Positions 1-9,935 of a stretch of 64,000 nucleotides of DNA are shown here, one piece after another. The notes below the pieces were generated by a model, which did no database searches, was not told the DNA's origin, and was given only the letters and a program-made list of their open reading frames with translations. How positions within the stretch are numbered: the stretch's first letter is position 1; each line of letters begins with the position of its first letter. The stretch covers positions 3,328,001 through 3,392,000 of the forward strand of contig OZ241907.1 in the NCBI GenBank assembly GCA_965203515.1. Direction: 5' to 3'. The DNA is from Spirochaetia bacterium. Lineage in GTDB: Bacteria > Spirochaetota > Spirochaetia > SZUA-6 > Bin103. The position numbers and the translations under genes were made by a program.

Positions 1-432
1 GACCGGATGGTTCTGCAAGCCGATGGCGACGCCGCGCGCGGCACCGTAGTCGGCAACCTCCCGGTACCCGGCGATCATCGCCGGCCAGGCCGGCTCGCCG
101 TCGCCGTTCTTGTCCGGGACCGTGGCGCAAAACATGCGGATGATCGGAGCGCCCAGAAAGGCGGCCAGATCGATCGCCGCCTTCGCGTTGGCCGCGTGCG
201 CCCGCCGCTCGTCGGTCGTGCCATGAAACAGCCCGCTGACGCCGACGTAACCGATCGGCAGGCCGTACCGGAGGCAGAGCAGCTTGATCGAGCTGAGGTA
301 CGCGGTGTCCCGGGACGCGAACGCCGATTCATGAAAGTCGACGCTGTCGAGGCGCAGGTCGTAGCAGGTCCTGATGAAGTCCTCGACGCTCAGGTCGCTC
401 AGGCTCAGGGAGTTGCAACCGATCTTGATCAT
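1..432 (-). CDS. Sugar phosphate isomerase/epimerase (xylose isomerase-like TIM barrel), 3' end outside window
   Basis: Not in the ORF track. Manual translation from ATG at 432 gives MIKIGCNSLSLSDLSVEDFIRTCYDLRLDSVDFH...AIDLAAFLGAPIIRMF...YGAARGVAIGLQNHPV, open to the window edge; this is the AP-endonuclease-2/IolE-like pattern. Confidence 0.75.
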   Translation of the reverse strand, partial: MIKIGCNSLSLSDLSVEDFIRTCYDLRLDSVDFHESAFASRDTAYLSSIKLLCLRYGLPIGYVGVSGLFHGTTDERRAHAANAKAAIDLAAFLGAPIIRMFCATVPDKNGDGEPAWPAMIAGYREVADYGAARGVAIGLQNHPV

Positions 433-505
433 GGAGTCCGTCCTTTGCGCGGCCAGCATAGTCGGGGGACGGCGCGCCGTATATGCTATCTCGGCAGCAC
501 CGGCC

Positions 506-1348
506 ATGGTCATCGACAGTCACCTGCACGTATGGAGCGACGATCCGCGGCGCTACCCGTGGGCAGACGGCGGTCCGGCGCAGGCCGGCAGCGTCGAGTT
601 GCTGCTGGAGACCATGGATCGGCACGGCGTCGACCAGGCGTGCCTGGTCCAGTCGATCCACTACCTGTTCGACAACCGCTACGCGGCCGACTGCCTGGCC
701 CGCTATCCGGGCCGGTTCTCGGCGATCGCGGTGATGGACCGCAACGCCGCCGACGCGGTCGAGCGGCTGGAGCGGCTGGTGACCGGGGACGGCTTCGAGG
801 GACTGCGCATGCATCTGTCGCGCGCCGATGACCCGGCCGAGTGGGCCGACCCCTCGCAGGACCCGATCTGGCGCAAGGCCGAGGAGCTCGGCGCCTGCTT
901 CCTGAGCTTCGGCCCCGCGGAGATGCAGCCGGCGGTCGAGCCGATCATCGCCCGCCACCCCGGGGTCGCGGTGATCCTGGATCACCTGGGCGGCGCGCCG
1001 TTCGACGAAGAGCCGCCGTTTCCGCTGCTGGGCAACGTACTGGCCCTTGCCCGCCATCCCAACGTCTACGTGAAGTTCACGCCGCAGGCCGCGCGCGCGG
1101 CCTGCCCCTTCCCGTTCGCCGACCAGCATTCGGTCTACGAACGCATCTACGACGCCTTCGGTCCGCAGCGCCTGATGTGGGGCACCGACTTCCCGCATAT
1201 CCTTGCCGACATCGGCTACGGCAACGGGCTCGACCTGTTCCGCGAGCGCCTGCCGTTTCTCACCGATGAGGACAAACGCTGGCTGTTCGCGGAGACCGCG
1301 CGGTCGATCTGGAAGTTCGGAGCCGAGCGGCCGCCTCGCGCGCGTTGA
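506..1348 (+). CDS. Amidohydrolase family protein (Amidohydro_2)
   Basis: IDSHLH metal motif directly after ATG 506, plus ILDHLG and LMWGTDFP motifs. Start trimmed from 374. Confidence 0.85.
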   Translation: MVIDSHLHVWSDDPRRYPWADGGPAQAGSVELLLETMDRHGVDQACLVQSIHYLFDNRYAADCLARYPGRFSAIAVMDRNAADAVERLERLVTGDGFEGLRMHLSRADDPAEWADPSQDPIWRKAEELGACFLSFGPAEMQPAVEPIIARHPGVAVILDHLGGAPFDEEPPFPLLGNVLALARHPNVYVKFTPQAARAACPFPFADQHSVYERIYDAFGPQRLMWGTDFPHILADIGYGNGLDLFRERLPFLTDEDKRWLFAETARSIWKFGAERPPRAR

Positions 1349-1369
1349 CGATTCGGCGCCCTCCGCCGG

Positions 1370-2386
1370 TCAGGCAGGGGCGGGATCGATCCACCTTTGC
1401 GGGCTGCCGGTGGCGATCGAGTCGAGGATGCGCTCCACCAGCAGCACGGCGCGGATGCCGTCGGCCGAGCTGACCGGCGGTTCGGCGCCGGCGCGGATGG
1501 CGGCGACCAGCGGGGCGAAGCGAGCGGCCGGGGCCGGGCGGATCGTCTCCGTGGCGTGATCCCCGGTCAGCGGATCCCGGCGCGTGAGCGTCACGGCCTG
1601 CCAGTGATCGTGCAGCACCGCCGACGCCGAACCGTCGAAGAACTCGAAGAACCACTTGCCGGTCACCTCGTTGCGGCCCGCGTCGGCCATCAGGAACGTG
1701 GCCGCGCCGCCGTCGGCGAACCGCAGCGTCGCCGCCACCGTGTCGACCACGCCGCCGCCGCGCAGCTCGTCCGCATGCCGGACCGCGCCGCCGGTGGCGT
1801 AGACCTCCACCGGATGGGCGTCGTGCATCCAGCACAGCAGGTCCAGTGCGTGTATGCCCACGTCGTACAGCGGTCCGCCGCCCTGCGTCGGGTGCCACCG
1901 CCAGCGCGACAGGTCGGCCGGCGGCTGCGTGCACTGGGCGTGGCTCACCATGATCGGGCCGAGCCGCTCGCGGGCGGCGCGCGCCGTGTTGGCGAAGCGG
2001 ATCGAGTGGTTGAGCATCAGGCGCCGGTCCGCGGCGGCGCGCTCCGCCTCGATCCGCAGGCAATCGGCCGAGGTCATGGCCATCGGCTTCTCCAGATAGA
2101 CGTGCTTGCCGGCCCGCAGCGCGGCGATCGCCAGCTCGGCGTGCGAGTCGTGCGCGGTGGCGATCGAGACGACGTCGACGGCCGAGTCGGAGAAGACCAC
2201 ATCCGGCTCCGTCGTGTGCCACGCGTCCGGGTAGTCGCGTCTCAGCGCTGCGGCGGCCTCCGGTTCCACGTCGCAGAAACCGTGCACGACGATATCAGGA
2301 TCGGCCGCCGCGCCGCGCGTGAGCGCCCGTCCGGCAGCGCCGCAACCGATCAGCGCCCAGCCCAACCGTCCCCGACCGTCCCCCAT
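1370..2386 (-). CDS. Gfo/Idh/MocA family oxidoreductase
   Basis: LIGCGAAG Rossmann motif, GKHVYLEKP, GGGPLYDVGIH; AAGGAGG RBS upstream. Confidence 0.9.
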   Translation of the reverse strand: MGDGRGRLGWALIGCGAAGRALTRGAAADPDIVVHGFCDVEPEAAAALRRDYPDAWHTTEPDVVFSDSAVDVVSIATAHDSHAELAIAALRAGKHVYLEKPMAMTSADCLRIEAERAAADRRLMLNHSIRFANTARAARERLGPIMVSHAQCTQPPADLSRWRWHPTQGGGPLYDVGIHALDLLCWMHDAHPVEVYATGGAVRHADELRGGGVVDTVAATLRFADGGAATFLMADAGRNEVTGKWFFEFFDGSASAVLHDHWQAVTLTRRDPLTGDHATETIRPAPAARFAPLVAAIRAGAEPPVSSADGIRAVLLVERILDSIATGSPQRWIDPAPA

Positions 2387-2476
2387 CGACCGCCTCCTTC
2401 AAGCAACCCTGCCGAGATCGTACCATGATGCTGCGCTGCCGTCCGTCACGCCCGGCAGGCGGCATCAAAGGGCCGA

Positions 2477-5272
2477 TCAGTCGGCCAGCAACGCGGTGTA
2501 TCGCTGCAGCGGCACGTTCACCGACAGGAACGCTCGCCACGTCGACGGCTGGTGCGCGGTGCGCAACGGCACGTCCAGCCCCACGCCGACCGGCACCGAC
2601 AGCAGGTCGCCCAACGAGGTGAGACCGGCGCTCAGCTCGATGCCGGCGTGCGGGTCCCATGCCCGGCCTTCGGCGAGCGCGTCGAACGCCGTGAAGCGGT
2701 TCTCGGCCTCTACGTAGAGCGCCGCCGAAACGCTGCGCGCGATCACCGCGTCCAGCAGCCGGTCCCGGCGGCCGCCGATCAACGGCACGATCACCTCCAT
2801 GCTGCCGTAGAGCCGGCCGGTGGCCGGCGCGGCCCCGGCGGCGTTGCCGCCGGCGCGCAGGCGGCTGGTCAGGCCCGAGGGCTGCGCCGTGCCGATGCCG
2901 AACAGCCGCCAGTCAGCGCCCAGGTCGGCGCTCGGCACCAGGTACACGCGCGGCGCGATGCGAAGCGGCACCGCCAGCGCGAGGCTCGATTGCAGCCCCC
3001 AGGTGCGCTCCGCCGGCAGTATGGTCGCGCGCTGGCGCAGCGACGCCAGGTGCGGAACGCCATGCCGCAGCCCGGAGGAATCGAGCCCGACCCACGGCTG
3101 CAGAGCGACCCGCTGATCGATGTCCAGCCCGGCCAGGAACGCCTGCGCGCCGCTGTGAAAGACCGGACGCGTACCCACCTCCACGGGTCTCCACAACGGC
3201 CGGCGATAGTGGAGCGAGCCGCGCCAGTCGTCCGCCCGGTACCAGGTGAAGCCGGCGCCGACGCGGGTCGACGCCGGCAGGGCGAGGCTGATCGACGCGT
3301 ACGCGCCCGGTTCCACCGGCAGCGACGGCGTGACCCGCGCGGCGACGCCCGCGGCCAACCGGTACGAGACCGTGCCGGTCGACCAGTACCCCAACCCGGC
3401 GCCCAGTTCCACCGTTCCCGGCGCCGTCTCCAGCACCCGGAGATCGAGACCGATCAGATCGGCCTCGTGCGGGCTGTGCTGCCGCGCCAGCCGGCTCAGC
3501 TTGCGCGGGTAGTGGTTGTTCTTCCGGTCGGTGTCCAGCGTGTACCAGTCGGGATCGATCTCCACCGTGCGTACGCGGCCCGCCACGTGCAGGACCGCGG
3601 CGCCGCGCACCGTGAACGTGCGCACCCGCTCTCCGGCGGCCCCGCCGCTCCCCGACACCACGCGGACCGGGGCGGCCAGACCGCTGTCCCCGTAGTCACG
3701 GATCGCGACGCGCGACACGCCCCGTTCGTGCGTCACCCGCTCCACGCCGTAGTCGGGGTACCGCGTAGCCCGCAACACCCGTTCGCCGGCGAGAGCCATT
3801 CCCGGACGATGGCGCTCCAGGAGCGTGAGGAACCGCTCGGTATCGGAATGCCGGTAGCGGTAGCGGCGGGCGTAGTCGGCGAGGGCCGCGTCGAAGGCCG
3901 GCTTGCCCATCTCCGTGGCGAGCTGGCGAACGGCCAGGGCCCCCTTGGAGTAGATGACCGCGGTCAGACCGTTCTGGTTGCGCTCCTCGTCCCGGTCGGT
4001 GACCACGGGAAAGTCGAAGCCCGAGGCGCGCAGCGCACGGAACCCTTCCATCAGCCAACCGCGCACGCTCGCGTACGGCAGCGCGGAGCCGGCGATGCGA
4101 GCCAACGGGGCGGCATCTCTCGGAAACAGGTTGTCGTCGGCGCCGTACTTCCGCTCCAGGTAGTCGGCCGCCACGTACTGGGCAAGCGATTCGCTGAGCC
4201 AGTTGTCGCTGATGAAGTCGACCGCCGTGCCGACGCCGAAGTGGAAGTGGCCGATTTCATGCGCGACCAGGAACTCCAGCACCCGGTCCCCCAGCTCCGG
4301 GAACGGTACGTCGGCGTCGAACGCTCCGCTGCCGAGTATCACCAGGCCGTCGGACGCCAGACCCCACAGCCCCGGCCGCACCCCTTCGACGATGGTGACC
4401 TGCCGGTAGTCGAGCGCGCCGAGCCGCGCGGCGTAGTGATCGAGGATCTCGACCGCGTAGCCGGCCAGCTTGCGCGCTTGCCGTTCGCGGCCGGCGCTAT
4501 GGAACACGCGCACGCGGTGGCCGGAAGACGAGGCCGTCAGCACCTGCCAGCGATCTTCCGCGGCGATGATGAGCGGAATCGCCACGGCGGGGCCGCGGCT
4601 CTCGAGCACGTAGGCGGTGCCGTCCGGCGCCGGCGCGCGTTGCTCGGCGCGCGAGATTACCCGGTAGCCGCGCGGCACCACGATGCGCACTCGATAGCTC
4701 TCCATGGGCGGCAGCGTGAGGGTCGCCGGGTCGGGGTAGAGCCGCGGATACCAGCCGAAACGTTGGACGAAGACGCCGCCGCGGCTGGTGAGATCGGGCG
4801 CGCGCCGGGCCGGCAGGTGCGTGCGGAACGCGACCGTGAGCCGGTAGCGATCGCGCTCGGGAAGCCGCAGCCGCACCGCCAATCCGGGGGCGGGGTAGGT
4901 GAGCAGACGCTCGCGCACCGGCGGCGTGAACTCCTGATATTCGATCTCGTTGCCGTCCGCGTCGGCGATGCGTTCGATCCGGGTGTAGCTCGGCTCGAAC
5001 CCGTCCTGGTACTGCCAGTCTTCCATCACCGGGTTGTCGTACGGGTTGGGGACCGCGCCGATATTGTTGGACAGCGCCAGCACCGCGCCCGCCTCCGCCT
5101 CCGCGCGGGTGAAGGAGATGACCTGCGTGCCGGCGACGACCGCCGTCTCGGGGTCGTAGGTCAGGTCGAAGCGGTAGCGCTCGGCGCCGAGCGGGGCCGG
5201 TTGCGCCGCGCCGGCGGCGAGGACAAGGCCCGCGGCCGCCGCGCGGAGCCCGGCCTGCGCGCGGCGTGGCAT
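2477..5272 (-). CDS. Secreted M1 family (gluzincin) metallopeptidase with long C-terminal beta-rich extension
   Basis: Signal peptide; HEIGH-x18-E zinc motif (HEIGH...WLSE); IYSKGA catalytic Tyr region; IDPDWYTLDTDRKNN motif. Confidence 0.8.
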   Translation of the reverse strand: MPRRAQAGLRAAAAGLVLAAGAAQPAPLGAERYRFDLTYDPETAVVAGTQVISFTRAEAEAGAVLALSNNIGAVPNPYDNPVMEDWQYQDGFEPSYTRIERIADADGNEIEYQEFTPPVRERLLTYPAPGLAVRLRLPERDRYRLTVAFRTHLPARRAPDLTSRGGVFVQRFGWYPRLYPDPATLTLPPMESYRVRIVVPRGYRVISRAEQRAPAPDGTAYVLESRGPAVAIPLIIAAEDRWQVLTASSSGHRVRVFHSAGRERQARKLAGYAVEILDHYAARLGALDYRQVTIVEGVRPGLWGLASDGLVILGSGAFDADVPFPELGDRVLEFLVAHEIGHFHFGVGTAVDFISDNWLSESLAQYVAADYLERKYGADDNLFPRDAAPLARIAGSALPYASVRGWLMEGFRALRASGFDFPVVTDRDEERNQNGLTAVIYSKGALAVRQLATEMGKPAFDAALADYARRYRYRHSDTERFLTLLERHRPGMALAGERVLRATRYPDYGVERVTHERGVSRVAIRDYGDSGLAAPVRVVSGSGGAAGERVRTFTVRGAAVLHVAGRVRTVEIDPDWYTLDTDRKNNHYPRKLSRLARQHSPHEADLIGLDLRVLETAPGTVELGAGLGYWSTGTVSYRLAAGVAARVTPSLPVEPGAYASISLALPASTRVGAGFTWYRADDWRGSLHYRRPLWRPVEVGTRPVFHSGAQAFLAGLDIDQRVALQPWVGLDSSGLRHGVPHLASLRQRATILPAERTWGLQSSLALAVPLRIAPRVYLVPSADLGADWRLFGIGTAQPSGLTSRLRAGGNAAGAAPATGRLYGSMEVIVPLIGGRRDRLLDAVIARSVSAALYVEAENRFTAFDALAEGRAWDPHAGIELSAGLTSLGDLLSVPVGVGLDVPLRTAHQPSTWRAFLSVNVPLQRYTALLAD

Positions 5273-5296
5273 TGAGCAGGCCGGGAGGGTATCGAT

Positions 5297-5336
5297 CGCG
5301 CCGGGGTCAGCGCTTCCGCGCCGGGGTCAGCGCTTC
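5297..5336. repeat. Perfect 20-bp tandem duplication CGCGCCGGGGTCAGCGCTTC x2
   Basis: Copies at 5297-5316 and 5317-5336, spanning the stop codon of the dipeptidase gene. Confidence 0.9.
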
Positions 5337-6460
5337 GCGGGCTGACCGTCCGCCCATGACTCCCGGAAGAAGCGCAGCGCGTTGCCGTGCAGGATCGCAT
5401 CGGCGTCCTGCTGCCGGTAGCCGGCCTGGCGGAGGACGCCTCCGAAGCGGCCCACGTCGGCGATCGTGTCGACGTCGGTCGGCGTCAGCTCGGCGCCGAA
5501 GCCGCCGTCCATGTCGGTGCCGATGGCGATGTTGGCGATCGAGCCGCCGGCCAGGTCGCCGATCCGTTCCACGTGCGGGAGGAGCCCGTCCATCGCGTAC
5601 TTCGGCTGCCAGTCGCGCGGCTTCTTGCGGTTGTCCCAGTCGATGTCCGGGTCGATGAAGTACTGGCAGAAGACCAGGCCGATCACGCCGCCGCGGCGCA
5701 CCAGCTCCTTGATCACGTCGTCGTGCAGGTGGCGCTGCCCCCGTACGAGCGCCCGGCAGGTGCAGTGCGATGCCATCACCGGACCGTCCCACCGCTCGAA
5801 CGATTCCCACACCGCCTGATCGGCCATGTGCGTGATGTCCAGGATCATGCCGGCGTCGCGCATGGCCCGGTAGAGATCGGCGGCCGGCGGCTTGAGGCCG
5901 CCCTCGGTCCCGGTCCCGTGGATGTAGGTGTTGTCGCCGAAGTGCGCGGGGCCCACGACGCGCAGCCCGGCGTCCCACCAGAACGCCACGTCGTCGGGGT
6001 CCTCGATCGGGTCGGCGCTCTCCATGGAGAGCACGTGATAGATCGGCGCCGCGGCGGCGGCCCGGTCAGTGGGACCGCTCCAGGCGGCGAGCGCCTCGTC
6101 CAGGTCGTCGATGCCCAGGACCGGTTTGAACAGCCCGCGTCGGGCCAGGGTGCGATAGTACGCCAAGTGGCCGCGGCCGACCGCCATGGCCTGTTCCTGG
6201 GTGCGCATCCCGTCCCGCATGCGGGCGTGGCGTTGCTGAATGCGCGACATGATGGTGGAGAGCACCAGCCCGACCCGCCCGCGGCGCAGTTCCGGTATGG
6301 TCACGGTGCAGATGCCGGTGTTCAGGTCCGGCGACACCTGCGGCGGCTCGTCCTCCTCCAGGGCGCGCATGGCGGCGACCTCGATCGTGAGGTCGCGGTT
6401 CCAGAACAGGGCGTCCCACGCCAAGTCCAGATGCAGGTCAATGACGAAGGGGCGTTCCAT
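5327..6460 (-). CDS. Membrane dipeptidase (peptidase M19)
   Basis: IDLHLD, LSMESAD, LDITHM, ASHCTCR, IGTDMDGG, ILHGNALRFF motifs. Confidence 0.88.
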   Translation of the reverse strand: MERPFVIDLHLDLAWDALFWNRDLTIEVAAMRALEEDEPPQVSPDLNTGICTVTIPELRRGRVGLVLSTIMSRIQQRHARMRDGMRTQEQAMAVGRGHLAYYRTLARRGLFKPVLGIDDLDEALAAWSGPTDRAAAAAPIYHVLSMESADPIEDPDDVAFWWDAGLRVVGPAHFGDNTYIHGTGTEGGLKPPAADLYRAMRDAGMILDITHMADQAVWESFERWDGPVMASHCTCRALVRGQRHLHDDVIKELVRRGGVIGLVFCQYFIDPDIDWDNRKKPRDWQPKYAMDGLLPHVERIGDLAGGSIANIAIGTDMDGGFGAELTPTDVDTIADVGRFGGVLRQAGYRQQDADAILHGNALRFFRESWADGQPAKR

Positions 6461-6472
6461 ACGTGCCTCTCA

Positions 6473-8005
6473 TCATCGGTCGGCGGTTCGCAGGCGGCCG
6501 TCGACGACCGGCGCGACCGAGCCCTGCGCGGCGATGTAGTCGATCACCTGGCTGGTCATCAACCGGCCGGCGTACCGGTCGACGACGCGCGGCTTGTCCG
6601 CGAAGTCGTAGCCGTCGCCGCCGCCGGCCATGAAGTCGTTGACCGCCAGGGTATGGACCGCGTCGAGGTCGAGCGCCGCGCCGTCGCGCCGTACTTCGAT
6701 CACGCGCTCGCCGGCCGGCCGGTCAGGGTCGTAGACCGCGTCGAGTCCCGACAGGTGCGGGAACCGCCCGGCCCCGTCTTCGATCCCGCCGAGTCCGTTC
6801 TCCAGCGCGGCGATGAGGTCGCGGCCGGTGACCTGCAGGACGACCGTGTAGTTCCCGAACGGCAGCTCGGTGACGATGTCGCGGCGCGTCAGCATGGCGC
6901 CGGGCTCGTAGAGCCGGTCGCCGCGGATACCCCCGCCATTGGTGAGCGCCACGTCCGCGCCGGTCGCGGCGCGCACGGCGTCCGTGAACAGGTTGCCGAT
7001 CGCCGCCTCGCCGCTCCGCACGGTCTGGCGGCGGCTGTCGAGCTCGGTCGCCGTCGTGCCGATCACCACGTCCAGATCGCCGGCGAGCCGGTCGAGATAG
7101 CCCTGTACCGCGGCGGCCATCTCCGCATCCGGTTCCACCCGAGCGGTATTGACGATGCGAAAGGACGGGCTCCACGCGAACTGCGGGCCGTCGCGGCCTT
7201 CCTCCTGGTCGAGCACCAGGTCGATGACCGTGACCCAGTCGGCCTGCTCGCCCGACTCCGCGAACAGTACGTCGCCGCTGTAGTCGATCCGCAACAGGTG
7301 ATCGTCGCCGCTGAGCAGCAGGTCCACGGCGCCCTGCGCGATCAGCGCCCGATCCTCGGTGACGTCGGTATGCGCCAGCGCGATGATCAGGTCGGCGCCG
7401 GCCGCCCGCAGCGCGCCCGCCTGCTCGGCCGCCACCGCTTCGACGGGCCGGAAGGTCACCTCCCCCGGGCTCGACTTGACGGCGGTGCCGAGCGTGGTAA
7501 GTCCGAAGATGCCGACCCGGAACCGGCCGGCGGAACGCAGGATCGATTCCCGCGCGCCGTCGATGACGTGGCCGTCGGCATCGATGTTGTTGGCGCCCAG
7601 GATCGGGAAGGCCGCCTCCGCAAAGCGTTGCCGGGCGATCTCCGGCCCGAAGTCGTATTCGTGATTGCCGATCGCCATGGCGGTCAGGTCGAGCCGGTTC
7701 AGAAGGTCGATCATGTGGGCGCCCCGGTCGAAGCCGGACAACAGGGACGGCGAGATGGCGTCACCGGCGAACGTCACCAGCACGTGTTCGGCGCGCGCCC
7801 GCTCGGCGCCGATGACCGCAGCCAGCCGCGCGATCCCGCCCTGTCCGCCGCGCTCCTCCATGCGGTCCAGATCGTTGAAGTGCACGATGGTCAGCTCCAC
7901 CGGCGCGGCGAAGCCGGCCGCCGCGCCGAGCGACCATGCCGCCAGCGCGATCGCGGCTGACAGGCGGCCGGTCCGGCGCGGACCCGTGCGGTCTGTTCCG
8001 CTCAT
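6473..8005 (-). CDS. Secreted 5'-nucleotidase / calcineurin-like metallophosphoesterase
   Basis: Start trimmed to ATG 8005, which overlaps the pepF stop. Signal peptide, TIVHFND, AGD, GNHEYD, NGGGIR, LPFGN, GGDGY. Confidence 0.88.
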   Translation of the reverse strand: MSGTDRTGPRRTGRLSAAIALAAWSLGAAAGFAAPVELTIVHFNDLDRMEERGGQGGIARLAAVIGAERARAEHVLVTFAGDAISPSLLSGFDRGAHMIDLLNRLDLTAMAIGNHEYDFGPEIARQRFAEAAFPILGANNIDADGHVIDGARESILRSAGRFRVGIFGLTTLGTAVKSSPGEVTFRPVEAVAAEQAGALRAAGADLIIALAHTDVTEDRALIAQGAVDLLLSGDDHLLRIDYSGDVLFAESGEQADWVTVIDLVLDQEEGRDGPQFAWSPSFRIVNTARVEPDAEMAAAVQGYLDRLAGDLDVVIGTTATELDSRRQTVRSGEAAIGNLFTDAVRAATGADVALTNGGGIRGDRLYEPGAMLTRRDIVTELPFGNYTVVLQVTGRDLIAALENGLGGIEDGAGRFPHLSGLDAVYDPDRPAGERVIEVRRDGAALDLDAVHTLAVNDFMAGGGDGYDFADKPRVVDRYAGRLMTSQVIDYIAAQGSVAPVVDGRLRTADR

Positions 8006-9795
8006 CGGTTCCCGTTGCCCGCCAGCCTGGCAAACTCGCCCACGTGCGACAAGGGGCGGTCGATGGCCGCCTGCCAGAACTCCGGCTGCCCCAGATCGAC
8101 GCCCAGATGGCGCCGGGCAAGGTCTTCGCAGGTCATGGCGCCGGTGTCCGCCAGCAGCCGCCGGTAGTCGGCGGCGAACCCCGGCCCCTCGGCGGCCGCC
8201 CGCGCGGCCAGACCGCTCGCCAGCAGATACCCGACCACGTACGGAAAGTTGTAGAAGGGCACGTCGGTGAAGTAGAAGTGCAGCTTCGACGCCCAGAACA
8301 GCGGGTGCCAGCCGTCCGCCGCCAGCGCGCCGCAATAGGCGCGGCGCTGCGCGTCGACCATCAGCTCGTCGAGCTCCGCGGCCGTCAGCGGGCCGGCCGC
8401 GCGCCGGCGGTAGAAGTCGATCTCGAACAGGAACCGCGATCGCAGGTTCATCAGCATGGTGAGCGCCTCCTCCAGCACGCGGTCGAGCAGCCGGAGGCGC
8501 ACGCCGGCGTCGGCGGTCTGGTCGAGCGCCGCCGAAATCAGCAGTCCCTCGCAGAAGGTGCTGGCGGTCTCCGCCAGGGTCATCGGATAGGAGGTCGCGT
8601 GGTAGGGGCGGTCGCGCAGCAGCCAGGCGTGGTAGGCGTGGCCCAGTTCGTGCGCCAGGGTGGTGGCGCCGCCGAAGGTCCCGCCGTAGGTCATGAAGAT
8701 GCGGGTCTCCCGGCGGATCGGCAGCGTCGTGCAGAAGCCGCCGGCCGCCTTGCCTTCGCGGTCGGCCGCTTCGATCCAGCGGCCGTCGAAGGCGCGTTCG
8801 GAGAACGCCCGCAGGTCGGGATCGTGCGCGTCGAAGCAGTCCAGGATGCGTTGCGCCGCCGCGTCGAACGAGAGCGCTCCCTCCTCGGCGCCTACCGGCG
8901 CCTGCACGTCGTACCAGTGGAGGGTGTCGACGCCGATCAGCCTGGCCTTGGCCTGCAGGTACGGGATCAACCGGGGCGCCGATTCGGCCACCGCCGCCCA
9001 CATCGCCTCCAGCGACCGGGCCTCCATCCGGTTGAGGTGGAGCGGCTCGTCGAGCACCGAATCCCACCCGCGGTGCCGGTACCAGGTGAGGCGGAAGCCC
9101 GCCTGGCCGTTGAGCGCGCCGGCGGCCAGCTCGGCCACCGGACGCCACGCCGCTTCCAGCGCCTCGAACGCGGCCTTGCGGTCCGCGCGCGCCGGTTCCT
9201 CCAGACGGGCGGCGAGCTGACCCATGGAGAGGCGGCGCCGCTCGCCGTCGACCTCCACCTCGGCCCGCAACGAGCCGGCGAGCGTCGTGTACTGGCGGTC
9301 CCAGGCGTGGTAGCCGTCGGTCGCCAGCTCCTCCACCAGCCCCTCGATGGCGGCGTCCATCTTGCGCCGCGCCAGATCGCGCCGCCGGTCCAGCAGGAAC
9401 GCTATCGGCCGGAGCTCCGGGCCGCCGGTCAGCGCCTGCCAGCGCTCATCGGGAAGACCGGCGGTGCAGGCCGCCAGCGCGGCGCCGAGCGCCTTGAGCG
9501 ACGCCGCCACCGTATCGAGCCGCCCGATCCACTGCCCGGCGTCGGCGTCGGCGGTGTCCTGCGCGCGCAGGCACTCGGCGAAGGAGACCGCTTCGTCCAA
9601 CCGCTGCTCGGCCGCCTGCGCGTCGAGCAACACGGCCCGCAGCTCGGCGTCCGGCGCGGCGCCGCCCAGATCGCGCACGCGTTTGCCCACAGCGGCGACG
9701 TCCCGCTCCAGCGCGGCGACGAAGTCCCGAAACGGGGCCGACCGGCTGCCGCCGACGAAGATCGATTCCAGGTCCCAGGTATCCGATACCGTCAT
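8002..9795 (-). CDS. pepF: M3 family oligoendopeptidase F
   Basis: WDLESIF N-terminus, TLAHELGHAYH, LAETASTF, FYNFPY. Start trimmed to ATG 9795. Confidence 0.9.
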   Translation of the reverse strand: MTVSDTWDLESIFVGGSRSAPFRDFVAALERDVAAVGKRVRDLGGAAPDAELRAVLLDAQAAEQRLDEAVSFAECLRAQDTADADAGQWIGRLDTVAASLKALGAALAACTAGLPDERWQALTGGPELRPIAFLLDRRRDLARRKMDAAIEGLVEELATDGYHAWDRQYTTLAGSLRAEVEVDGERRRLSMGQLAARLEEPARADRKAAFEALEAAWRPVAELAAGALNGQAGFRLTWYRHRGWDSVLDEPLHLNRMEARSLEAMWAAVAESAPRLIPYLQAKARLIGVDTLHWYDVQAPVGAEEGALSFDAAAQRILDCFDAHDPDLRAFSERAFDGRWIEAADREGKAAGGFCTTLPIRRETRIFMTYGGTFGGATTLAHELGHAYHAWLLRDRPYHATSYPMTLAETASTFCEGLLISAALDQTADAGVRLRLLDRVLEEALTMLMNLRSRFLFEIDFYRRRAAGPLTAAELDELMVDAQRRAYCGALAADGWHPLFWASKLHFYFTDVPFYNFPYVVGYLLASGLAARAAAEGPGFAADYRRLLADTGAMTCEDLARRHLGVDLGQPEFWQAAIDRPLSHVGEFARLAGNGNR

Positions 9796-9841
9796 GCCGG
9801 CATGATAGCGCGCCGGGCCGCCGGCCGCCGAGCCGATGCGC

Positions 9842-9882
9842 AAAAGAAGGGGCGGCCGCCCCTGTCGCAGGAGCAGCCGCCC
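9842..9882 (-). terminator. Rho-independent terminator after the solute-binding protein gene
   Basis: Minus strand GGGCGGCTGCTCCTG-CGA-CAGGGGCGGCCGCCC stem-loop followed by CTTCTTTT. Confidence 0.8.
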
Positions 9883-9935
9883 GTTTCGGCTCCGGGGTCG
9901 TGAGCGTGTCGCCTGCGACCGCCTGAGACTCGGCG

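Noticed and set aside
2552..5275. 907-aa plus-strand ORF and similar long ORFs (5387-7960, 17795-20278, 49432-52806)
   Set aside because: Antisense shadows of motif-bearing genes; high GC3 suppresses stop codons.
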